A stretch of DNA of 64,000 bases from Candidatus Hydrogenedentota bacterium (GCA_034669905.1 JAXMOL010000014.1:32001-96000), one strand, 5' to 3'. Positions 28,301 to 38,119 are shown, counted from the first letter of the stretch. Translations and numbers: made by a program. Notes: a model not told the origin generated them from the sequence alone.

Positions 28301-29149
28301 ATGGAATCCCTGATTCGGAAAACCATCGCGGCCGCCCTGGAAGAAGACCTGGGCCACGGCGATGCTACAACCAACGCCCTGGTGCCCCCGGCGGCACGCT
28401 GCAACGCACGCCTCGTGGCCAAGCAGGACGGCGTCTTGAGCGGTATGGAGGTCTTTCGCCAGGTCTTTGAGGCCCTGGACACCGATCTCCAGGCCTGGAA
28501 GGCCGCCCAGGACGGCGATAGGGCCAAAAAGGGCGACGTCGTCGTCTCCTTTGAAGGCAAGACCCGGGCCGTCCTCGCTGGCGAGCGTACCGCCCTGAAC
28601 TTCCTCCAGCACCTTTCAGGCATTGCGACCCTGACCCATTCTTTTGCGGCCCTTATCCAGGACCTGCCCTGTCAGATCTGCGACACCCGCAAAACGACGC
28701 CCCTCCTCCGTAATCTGGAGAAGGCCGCCGTGCGCCATGGGGGCGGCTCCAATCACCGCCACAACCTGACCGATGGCATCCTGATCAAGGAAAACCACAT
28801 TGCCGCCGCAGGCGACATCGAAACCGCTATCACGCGGGCACGGACCGCCGCCCACCACCTCATGAAGGTGGAAATCGAAGTCACCAACCTCGACGAACTC
28901 CGTCAGGCCCTCAACGCCGGGGCCGATGTGGTCATGCTGGATAATATGGACAATGCCACCATGACGGAAGCCGTGGCCATCAACAAGGAGCTGACCGGTG
29001 GCCGCAGCAAGCTGGAAGCCAGTGGCAATGTTTCCCTGGAACGGGTCCGCGCCATGGCCGAAACGGGTGTGGATATCATTTCTATCGGCGCCCTGACCCA
29101 CTCGGCACCTTCCCTCGACATCTCGCTCCTCATTGAAACCCGTGAATAA
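28301..29149 (+). CDS. nadC: Quinolinate phosphoribosyltransferase (decarboxylating)
   Basis: EDLGHGDATT, GERTALNFLQ, DTRKTTP, NHRHNL, IKENHI, EIEV, MLDN, EASGNV, SIGALTHSA. Confidence 0.96.
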   Translation: MESLIRKTIAAALEEDLGHGDATTNALVPPAARCNARLVAKQDGVLSGMEVFRQVFEALDTDLQAWKAAQDGDRAKKGDVVVSFEGKTRAVLAGERTALNFLQHLSGIATLTHSFAALIQDLPCQICDTRKTTPLLRNLEKAAVRHGGGSNHRHNLTDGILIKENHIAAAGDIETAITRARTAAHHLMKVEIEVTNLDELRQALNAGADVVMLDNMDNATMTEAVAINKELTGGRSKLEASGNVSLERVRAMAETGVDIISIGALTHSAPSLDISLLIETRE

Positions 29150-29184
29150 GCCGCGGCCAATCGCGTCCAATTGGATGAAAACGT

Positions 29185-29964
29185 ATGTTACTCGTCATTG
29201 ATGTAGGCAACTCCCATACCGTGCTGGGCCTCTATAAAGAGGAATCCCTGCAGGGACAGTGGCGGGTGGTCACCAACAATTACCGCACCGGCGATGAATT
29301 GCGCATCCTCTTCTCCATGCTCTTGCAGGGCGAAGGCGTGAAGCCCAGCGCCATTGACGGCTGCTGTATCTCCAGCGTGGTGCCCCAACTCAACATGGCC
29401 TTGCAGGAAGTCTGTCAGACCGCCTTTGGGGTTACGCCCCTCATGGTCGGGCCCGGCGTCAAGACCGGACTCCAGTTGCAGTGTGACAATCCGAAAGAGG
29501 TGGGTGCCGACCGCATCGTCAATGCGGTGGGGGCCATTGAATCCTACGAAGGTGCCCTTATCATTATTGATTTTGGAACGGCCACTACGTTTGATGCCGT
29601 CACCGAAAAAGCCGAGTGGCGTGGTGGGGCCATTGTGCCCGGCGTCCAGCTTTCAGCCGAGGCCCTCTTTGAACACTGCGCCAAACTGCCCCGTGTCGAG
29701 CTCAGCCGACCCACCCAGGTTATCGGACGGGACACGGCCAGCAACATCCGCTCGGGATTGATCTTCGGCTACGCCGACCTTGTCGACGGCCTCGTACGCC
29801 GTTTCAGCGAAGAGATGGGCGGCAAGCCCACCGTGGTCGCCACGGGTGGCCTCGCTTCCCTCATCGCCGATGTGGGCCACTCCATTGATGTCATCGACCC
29901 CCTCCTGACCCTGTCGGGTCTTAAGGCCGTCTATCGGCGCAATAGCAAGGTGGCCACCCCGTGA
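29185..29964 (+). CDS. coaX: Type III pantothenate kinase
   Basis: IDVGNSHT, SSVVP, EVGADR, DFGTATT, GGAIVPG, ATGG. Confidence 0.96.
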   Translation: MLLVIDVGNSHTVLGLYKEESLQGQWRVVTNNYRTGDELRILFSMLLQGEGVKPSAIDGCCISSVVPQLNMALQEVCQTAFGVTPLMVGPGVKTGLQLQCDNPKEVGADRIVNAVGAIESYEGALIIIDFGTATTFDAVTEKAEWRGGAIVPGVQLSAEALFEHCAKLPRVELSRPTQVIGRDTASNIRSGLIFGYADLVDGLVRRFSEEMGGKPTVVATGGLASLIADVGHSIDVIDPLLTLSGLKAVYRRNSKVATP

Positions 29965-30563
29965 GGCGGGGCGCACTGCTCATAGCCGTCCTGCCGTTGG
30001 CCCTGGCCGCATGCACTCAGCCCGCCCGAGAGACGACGCCTGCCAATGATTCGAACCTGGCCCCCACGTCGGAAAGCATGCCGGAAGACGTGATGGAAAA
30101 CATCGAGATGTCGCTCTGGCCATCGGGCGACTCGGCCCAACAAAGTCAGAAGCCTGTGCTCTCCATCAGCGCCAGTCGCTTCACCGGCTCCATGGGCTCA
30201 GACAGCGAATGGGCCTTTGAAGATGCCGTCGCCGTCGCACCAGCCCAGGACGCGGACCATGTGGACATTCGCTTTGAAGCTGCCCGCGGTGTGTTTCGTG
30301 AAGATCAGCGGGCCACCCTGCAAGGGGGCGTGACGGCCTATATGAACGAGATGACCATTTATCTGGAAGACATTACCTGGGAAATCGCTTCGGACGATAT
30401 GGAAGGAAGCCCTGCGGGCCGTGCCTACAGCACCAATCCCCTTCGTATCGACAGCCCCACCCAGAAACTGGAAGCGACCAGCATGACCTTGAACCCTGAA
30501 ACCGCTATCATCGAGTTAACCGATGTGGTGGGCGAGTTTTTTCTTGGAGAACAACAGCCATGA
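29961..30563 (+). CDS. lptC: LptC-like LPS export lipoprotein
   Basis: Lipobox ALAAC, beta-jellyroll-like pattern (FEAARGVF, LQGGV, LEDITW), position before lptA/lptB, 4-nt overlaps at both ends. Confidence 0.6.
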   Translation: MRRGALLIAVLPLALAACTQPARETTPANDSNLAPTSESMPEDVMENIEMSLWPSGDSAQQSQKPVLSISASRFTGSMGSDSEWAFEDAVAVAPAQDADHVDIRFEAARGVFREDQRATLQGGVTAYMNEMTIYLEDITWEIASDDMEGSPAGRAYSTNPLRIDSPTQKLEATSMTLNPETAIIELTDVVGEFFLGEQQP

Positions 30564-31459
30564 AACGAGTATGCGTGACTTTGACGACCCTGGCCCTGCT
30601 GATGGCCCTTCCCGTCTTCGCCCAGGGCGGGGCCGATGGCTATGACCTCATGTCGGTCAAGGCTGGCCTGATGCGTGGCAACATCAACACCAACCGCCCC
30701 GAGAGCTTTTCCGGCGGGGCCCACATTGTGTTGAAGGCCAGCGACGGTACCAAACCCGAAATGCCCATCAAGGCGAGCACCATCACCTTCACCTGGAAGG
30801 ACGGACAGACCACGCCCGCCCTCATCAAGATGGAAGGCAATGTGGATATCCGCCACCCCGACGCCAAAATCACGGCACAGCGGGCCGACTGGAACCTCGA
30901 GACCGGCGACCTCGTCTTCACCGGCAACCCGGTCATGGACTCTCCCGCGCTCAAGGGTCTCCGCGCCAAAAAAATCAGCATCAACCTGAACACGGGCGCC
31001 TACGAACTCGAGCAGGGGGAAGTGGATGAAGCTCCCCTGGAAAGCATGGACAGCGGCAGTGGAAGCAGCAGCGGCCCGGCCCTTCCCGGCGAACTGGCCG
31101 AGAGCGATGTGACCGACTGGGAAGGCCTCATCAATGCCATCAAGGCCCAGGGTCAGGCCGAAGGGGATAACCCCGGCAAACAGATCCTGAAGCAGTTGGA
31201 TGAAAAAACCCGGGGCTTCCTCCAATCGGTGGACACCCCCGTATTGGTCAACAACAAAGGCGACATCCTCAAGCAAATCAATGGCGTCATCCGTCGGCCG
31301 GGTATGTTCAAGCGGGCAGCCTGGGAAAGTCAGGGCATCACCCTGTCGGACGAACTCGAATCCCTGCTGAATATCTCGCAGCAGACGCCAGAGCAACAGG
31401 CACGACAGAACCGCCTCCTACTTCAGGCCGCCTATCCCGACATGATTAAGGCCCTCTAG
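30560..31459 (+). CDS. lptA: LptA/OstA-like protein with extra C-terminal domain
   Basis: Signal peptide; MEGNVDI, ITAQRADWNLETGDLVFTGNPV, AKKISINLNTG; then a Ser/Gly linker and an extra domain of about 125 aa. Confidence 0.7.
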   Translation: MKRVCVTLTTLALLMALPVFAQGGADGYDLMSVKAGLMRGNINTNRPESFSGGAHIVLKASDGTKPEMPIKASTITFTWKDGQTTPALIKMEGNVDIRHPDAKITAQRADWNLETGDLVFTGNPVMDSPALKGLRAKKISINLNTGAYELEQGEVDEAPLESMDSGSGSSSGPALPGELAESDVTDWEGLINAIKAQGQAEGDNPGKQILKQLDEKTRGFLQSVDTPVLVNNKGDILKQINGVIRRPGMFKRAAWESQGITLSDELESLLNISQQTPEQQARQNRLLLQAAYPDMIKAL

Positions 31460-31525
31460 GGGACCCAAGTAGCCCGTTGCTTTGTTACGTCGCAACACGA
31501 ACCACCTTCGATTCCCGTAAATACG

Positions 31526-31601
31526 CCCCTCCTCGGAGGGGCTGGGGGTGGGTCAAGTCTCGCGAGGAGCGCAAACCCACCGCTGCCCCCTCCGAGGAGG
31601 G
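31526..31601. repeat. REP family D doublet (CCCCTCCTCGGAGGGG...GGGGTGGGT / ACCCACC...CCCCTCC..GGAGGG)
   Basis: Second copy at 59142-59218; the first 34 nt match with one mismatch. Confidence 0.75.
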
Positions 31602-31685
31602 CTATCCTTCGGTACAGACGATGATTGTCTCTTCCGCCCCCTATTCCCCTATACTTCCTATCAATTCGTCAGGAGGAACCAACAC

Positions 31686-32432
31686 GTGAGCAAAAAGAAA
31701 CCCGCCCTGCTCCATACCGAGGGCCTCGAAAAATCCTTCAAGAAACGGAAGGTGGTTCGGGGCGTCTCTATTGCGGTCAACCCCGGTGAAGTCGTCGGTC
31801 TCCTCGGCCCCAACGGTGCGGGTAAAACTACCACCTTCAGCATGACCGTAGGACTCCTCCGTCCCGATGCGGGAAGCATCGTCTATGACGGCAAGGACAT
31901 TACGCGCCTCCCCATGTATCAGCGGGCCCAGCAGGGCATTGCCTACCTGCCCCAGGAAGCCTCCGTCTTTCGACAGCTCACCGTGCGGCAGAATGTCCTC
32001 GCCATCTTGGAGTACCAGAAGCTCTCCAAGGCCGAACGGGAGCAACGGGCCGACAGTCTGTTGGACGAACTCAATATCGCCCACCTGGCCCAAAGCCCGG
32101 CCTACACCCTCTCGGGCGGCGAACGGCGGCGCACCGAAATCGCCCGGGCCCTCGTGACCAATCCCAAGGTCTTTCTGCTGGACGAGCCCTTCGCGGGCAT
32201 CGACCCCATTGCCGTTTCCGACCTGCAAGACATGATGATGCAATTGAAGAAAAAAGGGATCGGCGTCCTCATCACGGATCACAACGTCCGGGAAACCCTG
32301 GGCATCTCGGACCGTGCCTACATCATCATCGAGGGCGAAGTACGGGTATCCGGCACGCCGGAAGAAATCACCAACGACCCCACCGCACGGAAATACTACC
32401 TCGGCGAACGCTTCCACATGGCCGAAGGCTGA
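31686..32432 (+). CDS. lptB: LPS export ABC transporter ATP-binding protein
   Basis: GLLGPNGAGKTTTF, YLPQEASVFRQL, LSGGERRRTEIAR, LDEPFAGIDPI, ITDHNVRETL, YYLGERF; GTG start after AGGAGG. Confidence 0.96.
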   Translation: MSKKKPALLHTEGLEKSFKKRKVVRGVSIAVNPGEVVGLLGPNGAGKTTTFSMTVGLLRPDAGSIVYDGKDITRLPMYQRAQQGIAYLPQEASVFRQLTVRQNVLAILEYQKLSKAEREQRADSLLDELNIAHLAQSPAYTLSGGERRRTEIARALVTNPKVFLLDEPFAGIDPIAVSDLQDMMMQLKKKGIGVLITDHNVRETLGISDRAYIIIEGEVRVSGTPEEITNDPTARKYYLGERFHMAEG

Positions 32433-32444
32433 TCCGAAACGCCG

Positions 32445-33434
32445 TTAGTCTTCCTTGGGCTTCTCGGCCACTCGGTCCACCACATAGACTGGACGGCACT
32501 TCACCTCGTCGTAAATCCGCGCGATGTATTCCCCGAGCAGCCCCACGCCAAAGAGGTTAATCCCGCCCAGGAACGACGTGGCAATCAGGATGCTGGATGA
32601 GGCGCCCAGATCGTGGCCCATGAGTTTGTTGCCCAGCGCATAGAGCACCAGCACCATGGAAAGGGCGATGCTCGAAACACCGGCGATGCGAAATACAAAA
32701 AGGGGCACGTAGGAAAAAGAAAAGACCGCGTTCATTCCGAGGGTCCACAGTCCCCGAAGGCCCACCCGCGTTGAGGAATCATAGCGGGCCCGGCGCGGCA
32801 CCGAAACCCCCGTCTGCCGAAAGCCCACCCACGCGCGTAATCCCGGCAGGTACCGATTTCGCTCGGGCAACTGGGTCAACTGGGCTACCACCCGCCGATC
32901 CATGAGGCCAAAGTTCCCCGCGTCCATGGGGGATTTCGTGTCGGCTATCCAGTCGAAGACCCGGTAAAAGATCCAGAAGATGCCCCGACTCACGGGATTC
33001 TCCTGACGAGACGCCCGCTCCACATAGACCACGTCGAAACCTTCCCGCCACTTTTCGAGCAAGGGCGCAAAGGCGGCCGGGTCGTCCTGGTAGTCGGCGT
33101 CCATAAGAATCACCACGTCGCCCTCGGCATGATCCAATCCCGCCGCAACCGCCGGGCCATGCCCGAAGTTACGCGCCAGATGGACCACCCGAATCTCACC
33201 GGGAAATTCCGCCGCCAGGCTATCGAGCAAATCGCCGCTGCCATCCGTGCTGCCATCATTTACCAGCACCAACTCGCAACGTCCCGGCTGCTCCAGGGCG
33301 GCCAGACGCTCCCGCACCTCCGCCACGAATCCGGCAATACCCTCGGCCTCGTTGTAGACCGGGGCCACCACGGAGAGACAAAACGATTCGTCCCACACGC
33401 GGGATACGGGGGCTGGGGATTCACATTGAGACAC
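32445..33434 (-). CDS. GT2 polyprenol-phosphate glycosyltransferase (GtrB/ArnC-like)
   Basis: PVYNE, NDGSTD, RNFGH, MDADYQDDP, two C-terminal TMs, GEYIARIYDEVK. Confidence 0.9.
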   Translation of the reverse strand: MSQCESPAPVSRVWDESFCLSVVAPVYNEAEGIAGFVAEVRERLAALEQPGRCELVLVNDGSTDGSGDLLDSLAAEFPGEIRVVHLARNFGHGPAVAAGLDHAEGDVVILMDADYQDDPAAFAPLLEKWREGFDVVYVERASRQENPVSRGIFWIFYRVFDWIADTKSPMDAGNFGLMDRRVVAQLTQLPERNRYLPGLRAWVGFRQTGVSVPRRARYDSSTRVGLRGLWTLGMNAVFSFSYVPLFVFRIAGVSSIALSMVLVLYALGNKLMGHDLGASSSILIATSFLGGINLFGVGLLGEYIARIYDEVKCRPVYVVDRVAEKPKED

Positions 33435-33507
33435 GGGCACTCCTTCCGGGAATGAGACACTAGACGCTAGTATATGTCATCGGCCATTGCAGTAAAAGCT
33501 GAAGGAC

Positions 33508-33714
33508 GGGGACTGCACCGACGCAACGGCGCAATCTTCTCCAATAGCACCCGATGGCGAGCCCAGACCCCAGCGGCATGCCCACCATCTGGACGCCAGG
33601 GCAGGGGACCGGGGACTGCACCGACGCAACGATGCAACCTTCCCCAAAACAACCCGATGGCGACCTCAATCCCGCCGCGGAAACCCCATCCACCTGGACG
33701 TCGGGGCTGTCCCC
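33508..33714. repeat. Degenerate ~103-bp tandem duplication built on family C arms
   Basis: GGGGACTGCACCGACGCAACG at 33508 and 33611 with shared downstream blocks (ACCCGATGGCGA, CTGGACG); inverted arm at 33699-33714. Confidence 0.75.
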
Positions 33715-33772
33715 CTCTCACGCCTATGGTATGATAGAGACACGAGGCACCAACCCGAAAAAAGGAGGCCCC

Positions 33773-33994
33773 ATGGAACTCACCATCACGAAAATCGGCG
33801 ACGAGTCGTGCATAATCCTCCCGCAGGAAGTGCTCGACCGACTGAACCTTCACACCGGAGACACGGTCCAGCTCACGGACACCCCCGAGGGCCTGACCCT
33901 TTCGCCCCGCGAAGATTACTTCGACGAAGCCATGGCCCATGTCGAGCAAGTGATGAAGGAAGACGCCGTCGCACTCAGACGACTCGCGGAGTAA
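33773..33994 (+). CDS. AbrB/MazE-type antitoxin
   Basis: MELTITKIGDESCIILPQEVLDRLNLHTGDTVQL...ALRRLAE; AAGGAGG RBS; ends 4 nt upstream of the toxin start. Confidence 0.88.
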   Translation: MELTITKIGDESCIILPQEVLDRLNLHTGDTVQLTDTPEGLTLSPREDYFDEAMAHVEQVMKEDAVALRRLAE

Positions 33995-33998
33995 TCCA

Positions 33999-34403
33999 AT
34001 GCGCTCCCCCAAGTCAGAGCCGACGTGGATTACGCTGGCTATCGCCCGGGAGTTGCAGCGGCGGCAAATTGCTACATTTGGTGGACTCCCGGGAATTCGT
34101 GATGCCAACCTGCTTGACTCAGCCCTGAATCGACCGAAAAACCGCTACCTCTATGAACCGGACGTAACCTATGCCGGCCTTGCCGCCAGCTACTGCTTCG
34201 GCATTGCCAGAAATCACCCATTTGTGGACGGCAACAAGCGCGCCGCCTATGTTGCCGCAACGGTATTCTTACGCCTGAACGGCATTCGTATCGCGCCATC
34301 CCAAGAAGATATCATTAATACGATTCTTTCGCTTGCCAGTGGGGAGTTGGAAGAGTCAGACCTCGTGGAATGGTTCGAAAAACTCATCGTCCCCACCAAC
34401 TGA
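33999..34403 (+). CDS. doc: Doc-family toxin (Fic fold)
   Basis: FGGLPGIRDANLLDSALNRP and HPFVDGNKR (Doc-type Lys variant of the Fic motif). Confidence 0.92.
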   Translation: MRSPKSEPTWITLAIARELQRRQIATFGGLPGIRDANLLDSALNRPKNRYLYEPDVTYAGLAASYCFGIARNHPFVDGNKRAAYVAATVFLRLNGIRIAPSQEDIINTILSLASGELEESDLVEWFEKLIVPTN

Positions 34404-34412
34404 CGCCCCCAC

Positions 34413-35033
34413 TCATTCCTCCCGAGGCTTTCCCAACACCGCCTCACTGCGATTCTCCGGAATACACGGTGCCTTATCCGCATAGAAGTCCTTGATCACC
34501 TCAAAATCCGCCGCCATATCCCCCGTCAACGTCACCACCGGCCCCATCCCTGTTTCCTTCTTCTCAAAGTCGGCATACATCAACAATATCCGTGCACCCG
34601 TCCGCTCGGCGATGTGATAGAAACCGGTGCGCCAATGGTCCGTATAACGACGCGTACCCTCCGGGGCCAGTCCCAGATAAAAGTGCTCATGTTCCGCCAA
34701 CGCCTCCACCGCACTGTCCACCAGGTTCTGGGTGTGCCGTCGCACGACCGGGACGCCCCCCACGGCCTTCATGAACCACCCCAGCGGCGGATGACACAAG
34801 GTGTGCTTCGCGAAGAAATTGCCTTTCACCCCGAAGGCGTTCACCATGAGATAGATGATCACGAAATCCCAGTTGGAGGTGTGGGGGGCAAAAATGGCCA
34901 CGAGCTTGTCGTCGTCGGGGAAGGTGCCCGCGATGCGCCATCCTAATAGTTGGAGCATCTTTCGAGAAACCCACTGGACCGGAGGGCTGACCCGGCCAAA
35001 ATTCCGGTCGATATGTCGGTGACCCTCCCCCAT
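34413..35033 (-). CDS. 1-acyl-sn-glycerol-3-phosphate acyltransferase-like protein
   Basis: APHTSNWDF (HX4D), APEGTR, WRTGFYHIA. Confidence 0.88.
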   Translation of the reverse strand: MGEGHRHIDRNFGRVSPPVQWVSRKMLQLLGWRIAGTFPDDDKLVAIFAPHTSNWDFVIIYLMVNAFGVKGNFFAKHTLCHPPLGWFMKAVGGVPVVRRHTQNLVDSAVEALAEHEHFYLGLAPEGTRRYTDHWRTGFYHIAERTGARILLMYADFEKKETGMGPVVTLTGDMAADFEVIKDFYADKAPCIPENRSEAVLGKPREE

Positions 35034-35036
35034 GGC

Positions 35037-35558
35037 TCAGCGCCCGTTCCCATTCCACCCATGAAGCGCTACGCTGAGCCCGAGATAAACCTTGGGGTCC
35101 ACCAGTACACCCGCCTGATTCTGTTCCTGTAGCCACTGATGCACCTCCGCCGTGGGCACCACATGAACCGTAATGTCTTCGTCGTCCACCCCGCCGCCCT
35201 CGTTCACCTTCACCACGTCCCGCGCCAGAAAGTAATTGACCCGAGCCGCCGTGATGCCGCCCGCGCTGGGGCACTCCATCAAAAACTCCAGGCCCTGCGC
35301 TTCGTAACCCGCCTCCTCCAACAGCTCCCGTCGCACCGCAGTCTCCAGGGACTCCTCCCCCTGGTCACCCACCAACCCCGCCACCAACTCAATAGTCCGG
35401 GACGCTACCGCGTGGCGGTATTGCTCCACAAAGACCATAGCGTTTTCTGGCGTGATGGCCACCACGGAGATGATGCCGGTGCACCCGATACGCTCCACAA
35501 ACTCATAGGTGTCCCGCTCCACCAACCGGACGAAGCGACCTTCACCGAGAATATTCAT
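35037..35558 (-). CDS. NUDIX hydrolase (ADP-ribose pyrophosphatase-like)
   Basis: EQYR, ELVAGLVGD...AVRRELLEEAGY Nudix box, EDITV. Confidence 0.9.
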   Translation of the reverse strand: MNILGEGRFVRLVERDTYEFVERIGCTGIISVVAITPENAMVFVEQYRHAVASRTIELVAGLVGDQGEESLETAVRRELLEEAGYEAQGLEFLMECPSAGGITAARVNYFLARDVVKVNEGGGVDDEDITVHVVPTAEVHQWLQEQNQAGVLVDPKVYLGLSVALHGWNGNGR

Positions 35559-35753
35559 AGGGATAGTGACCCTTTCCTGCAGCGCCCGACGCGGACGCAG
35601 TTGTGCCCCGTTACTTCGAAACCAAGTATACGCCCCCCTTCGGAAGGCCGCAAACGCCCCGAATTTTTGACTGTCCCGTCCGCCCCATATTACAATGGCG
35701 GGCGATTTCGAATGCCCACTACCCCCCGATTTTCACCCTTCCAGCGAGGTCCC

Positions 35754-37430
35754 ATGGCAGAACAATTTATTTTCACAATGTATGGTCTGAACAAGTTTTA
35801 TGGCCAGAAACAGGTCCTCAAGGACATCAACCTGTCTTTCTACCCCGGCGCCAAAATCGGCATCGTCGGTGAAAATGGTACGGGTAAATCCACCGTCCTA
35901 AAAATCATGGCCGGTATGGATGACGACTACCAGGGCCAGGCCGACCTCACCAAGGGATTCGAGCGGGGCATTGTGCTTCAGGAGCCCATCCTCGACCCCG
36001 AGGCCACCGTCCGCGAGACCCTCGAAGGGGCCTTCGGCGAAACCATGGCCATGCTCAAGGAATTCGAAGAAATCGGCATGAAGATGGCCGAGCCCATGGA
36101 AGACGACGAGATGGAAGCCCTCCTCGCGAAAATGGGTACGCTGCAGGACAAACTCGATGCGGCCGACGCCTGGAACCTGGAGCAGGTGCTCAATCAGGCG
36201 GGGGAAGCCCTTTGCCTCCCCGAAGACGATCGGAAGATTGGCGTCCTCAGTGGCGGTGAAAAGCGGCGTGTGGCCCTGTGCAAGGCCCTCCTTGAGAAGC
36301 CCGACCTCCTCCTCCTCGACGAACCCACCAACCATCTGGACGCCGAAACGGTGGACTGGCTCGAAATCCAGCTCCGCGATTACCCCGGCACGGTCATCAT
36401 CGTCACCCACGACCGCTACTTCCTCGACAATGTGACCAAATGGATCCTCGAACTGGACCACGGCCACGGCATCCCCTGGGAAGGCAACTACTCCGGCTGG
36501 CTCGCCCAGAAGCTGGAAAAAATGGCGGGTCAGGAAAAGAAGAATTCCGTCCGCGCCCAGGCCCTTGACCGTGAATTGAAGTGGATCAAGATGAGCACGG
36601 CCGCGCGCCATGAGCTCAGCCGCACCCGCCTTTCGGAATATGAGCAGCTGATCGCCAAGGAAGCCGCCGCACAGAATGCGGACAGCGCCTCCATCCAAAT
36701 CGCCCCCGGACCCGAGCTCGGCGAACAGGTCATCGAATTCAAAAACGTTTCGAAGAGCTTCGGCGAAGACCTGCTCTACAAAGACCTCAGCTTCATCGTA
36801 CCCCGCTCCGCCATCGTCGGCCTGGTGGGCCCCAACGGCACGGGTAAAACCACCCTCTTCCGCATGATCCTCGGCGAGCAGCAGCCCGATGCGGGCGAAA
36901 TCATCGTCGGCTCCTCGGTGCTCCCCTCCTACGTCGACCAGGAGCGCAGCTCCATCGCGGGCGACGTGAGCCTCATCGACGAAGTAGCCGGTGGTGCCGA
37001 CTTCGTCAAACTGGGCAAGCAGGAAGTCCCTGTCCGCCAATACCTCTCGCGCTTTGGCTTTAAGGGCTCCGACCAGCAGAAGATGGCCAACCAACTTTCC
37101 GGTGGTGAGCGGAACCGCTGCAACCTCGCCAAGCTCCTCAAGGAGGGCGGCAACCTCCTCATGCTCGACGAACCCACCAACGACCTGGACGTGAACACCC
37201 TCCGTCTGTTGGAAGAGGCCCTGCTGAATTTCACCGGCTGCGCCATGGTCATCAGCCACGACCGTTTCTTCCTCGACCGGGTCTGCACCCACCTCCTCGT
37301 CTTTGAGGGCGAAGGCCAGGTCCGCTGGTTTGAAGGCAACTACCAGGAATACGAAGCCTGGCGCGTGGAAAACATGGGCTCCAAGCTCTTCGAAAACCGC
37401 CGCGCCCGGTATCGGAAATTCCGCCAGTAG
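35754..37430 (+). CDS. ettA: Energy-dependent translational throttle ABC-F protein
   Basis: MAEQFIFTM..LKDINLSFYPGAKIGIVGENGTGKST; two ABC domains; GIPWEGNYSGWL; LSGGERNR. Candidate promoter TTGACT-18-TACAAT at 35667-35696. Confidence 0.92.
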   Translation: MAEQFIFTMYGLNKFYGQKQVLKDINLSFYPGAKIGIVGENGTGKSTVLKIMAGMDDDYQGQADLTKGFERGIVLQEPILDPEATVRETLEGAFGETMAMLKEFEEIGMKMAEPMEDDEMEALLAKMGTLQDKLDAADAWNLEQVLNQAGEALCLPEDDRKIGVLSGGEKRRVALCKALLEKPDLLLLDEPTNHLDAETVDWLEIQLRDYPGTVIIVTHDRYFLDNVTKWILELDHGHGIPWEGNYSGWLAQKLEKMAGQEKKNSVRAQALDRELKWIKMSTAARHELSRTRLSEYEQLIAKEAAAQNADSASIQIAPGPELGEQVIEFKNVSKSFGEDLLYKDLSFIVPRSAIVGLVGPNGTGKTTLFRMILGEQQPDAGEIIVGSSVLPSYVDQERSSIAGDVSLIDEVAGGADFVKLGKQEVPVRQYLSRFGFKGSDQQKMANQLSGGERNRCNLAKLLKEGGNLLMLDEPTNDLDVNTLRLLEEALLNFTGCAMVISHDRFFLDRVCTHLLVFEGEGQVRWFEGNYQEYEAWRVENMGSKLFENRRARYRKFRQ

Positions 37431-37460
37431 GAAAAGCGAAAACAACGAGAGAACCCCCAA

Positions 37461-37491
37461 GGGGACGGCATGAACGTGTCGTCCCCTTTTT
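37461..37491 (+). terminator. Intrinsic terminator after ettA
   Basis: GGGGACGGCA-TGAACG-TGTCGTCCCC followed by T5. Confidence 0.7.
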
Positions 37492-37722
37492 CGTTCTTCT
37501 GGGCGACAAAGAACGGGACCTGGGGAGCCGATGGCAAGGAGTATCGCCAGTCGGAAGCCACCATCCTGGACAACGGCGCCTTTCAGGTCCCACAGGCCCC
37601 ACAGGTCCCACAGCGCTCAAGCACCCGAATGGCTCCTATACCAATGCTTGTACCGCGGATTGGGAGATTGTATGGTGAACTAAGCAACGGTTGAATTCAC
37701 ATCTAAGGAACGCACCACGCCC

Positions 37723-38088
37723 ATGTTCACCAGACTCAAGAAATTCTATGCCCGACTGCGCCCCGATCCCCTGTGGGAGCGTCGCATCGTCGTGGAAGAC
37801 CGAGAGGACACGATTGTCGTCACCGACCAGGACGGCGTGGAGACTTCGGTGCCATGGGCGGAACTCGAACGGGTGGAAATCCATACCACCAACGCAGGAC
37901 CCTTTGGCGCGGACGTATGGTGGGTGCTCATCGGCACGTCCGGCACCTGCAAATACCCGAGCGCGGCAACGGGCAGCGCGGAAATGCTCAAGCGCCTCCA
38001 AACGCTGGAAGGTTTTGACGACATGCTGGTCGTACTCGCCATGGGCAACGTGGGCAATGGCTGTGTCGTATGCTGGGAACGGGGTTGA
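37723..38088 (+). CDS. Hypothetical protein (121 aa)
   Basis: TAAGGA RBS-like site; WAELERVEIHTTNAGPFGADVWWVL looks like a conserved core. Confidence 0.7.
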   Translation: MFTRLKKFYARLRPDPLWERRIVVEDREDTIVVTDQDGVETSVPWAELERVEIHTTNAGPFGADVWWVLIGTSGTCKYPSAATGSAEMLKRLQTLEGFDDMLVVLAMGNVGNGCVVCWERG

Positions 38089-38119
38089 TGCACGCCTGAA
38101 AGAATGTCAAAGAACTCCC

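Noticed and set aside
33773..34403. TA module as the marker of a prophage or genomic island
   Set aside because: No integrase, phage genes, tRNA target or flanking att-like direct repeats; the neighbours are ordinary chromosomal genes.
35139..35753. 205-aa N-terminal extension of EttA in the ORF track
   Set aside because: It overlaps the opposite-strand NUDIX gene; EttA homology, an RBS-like GAGG and a promoter all point to ATG 35754.
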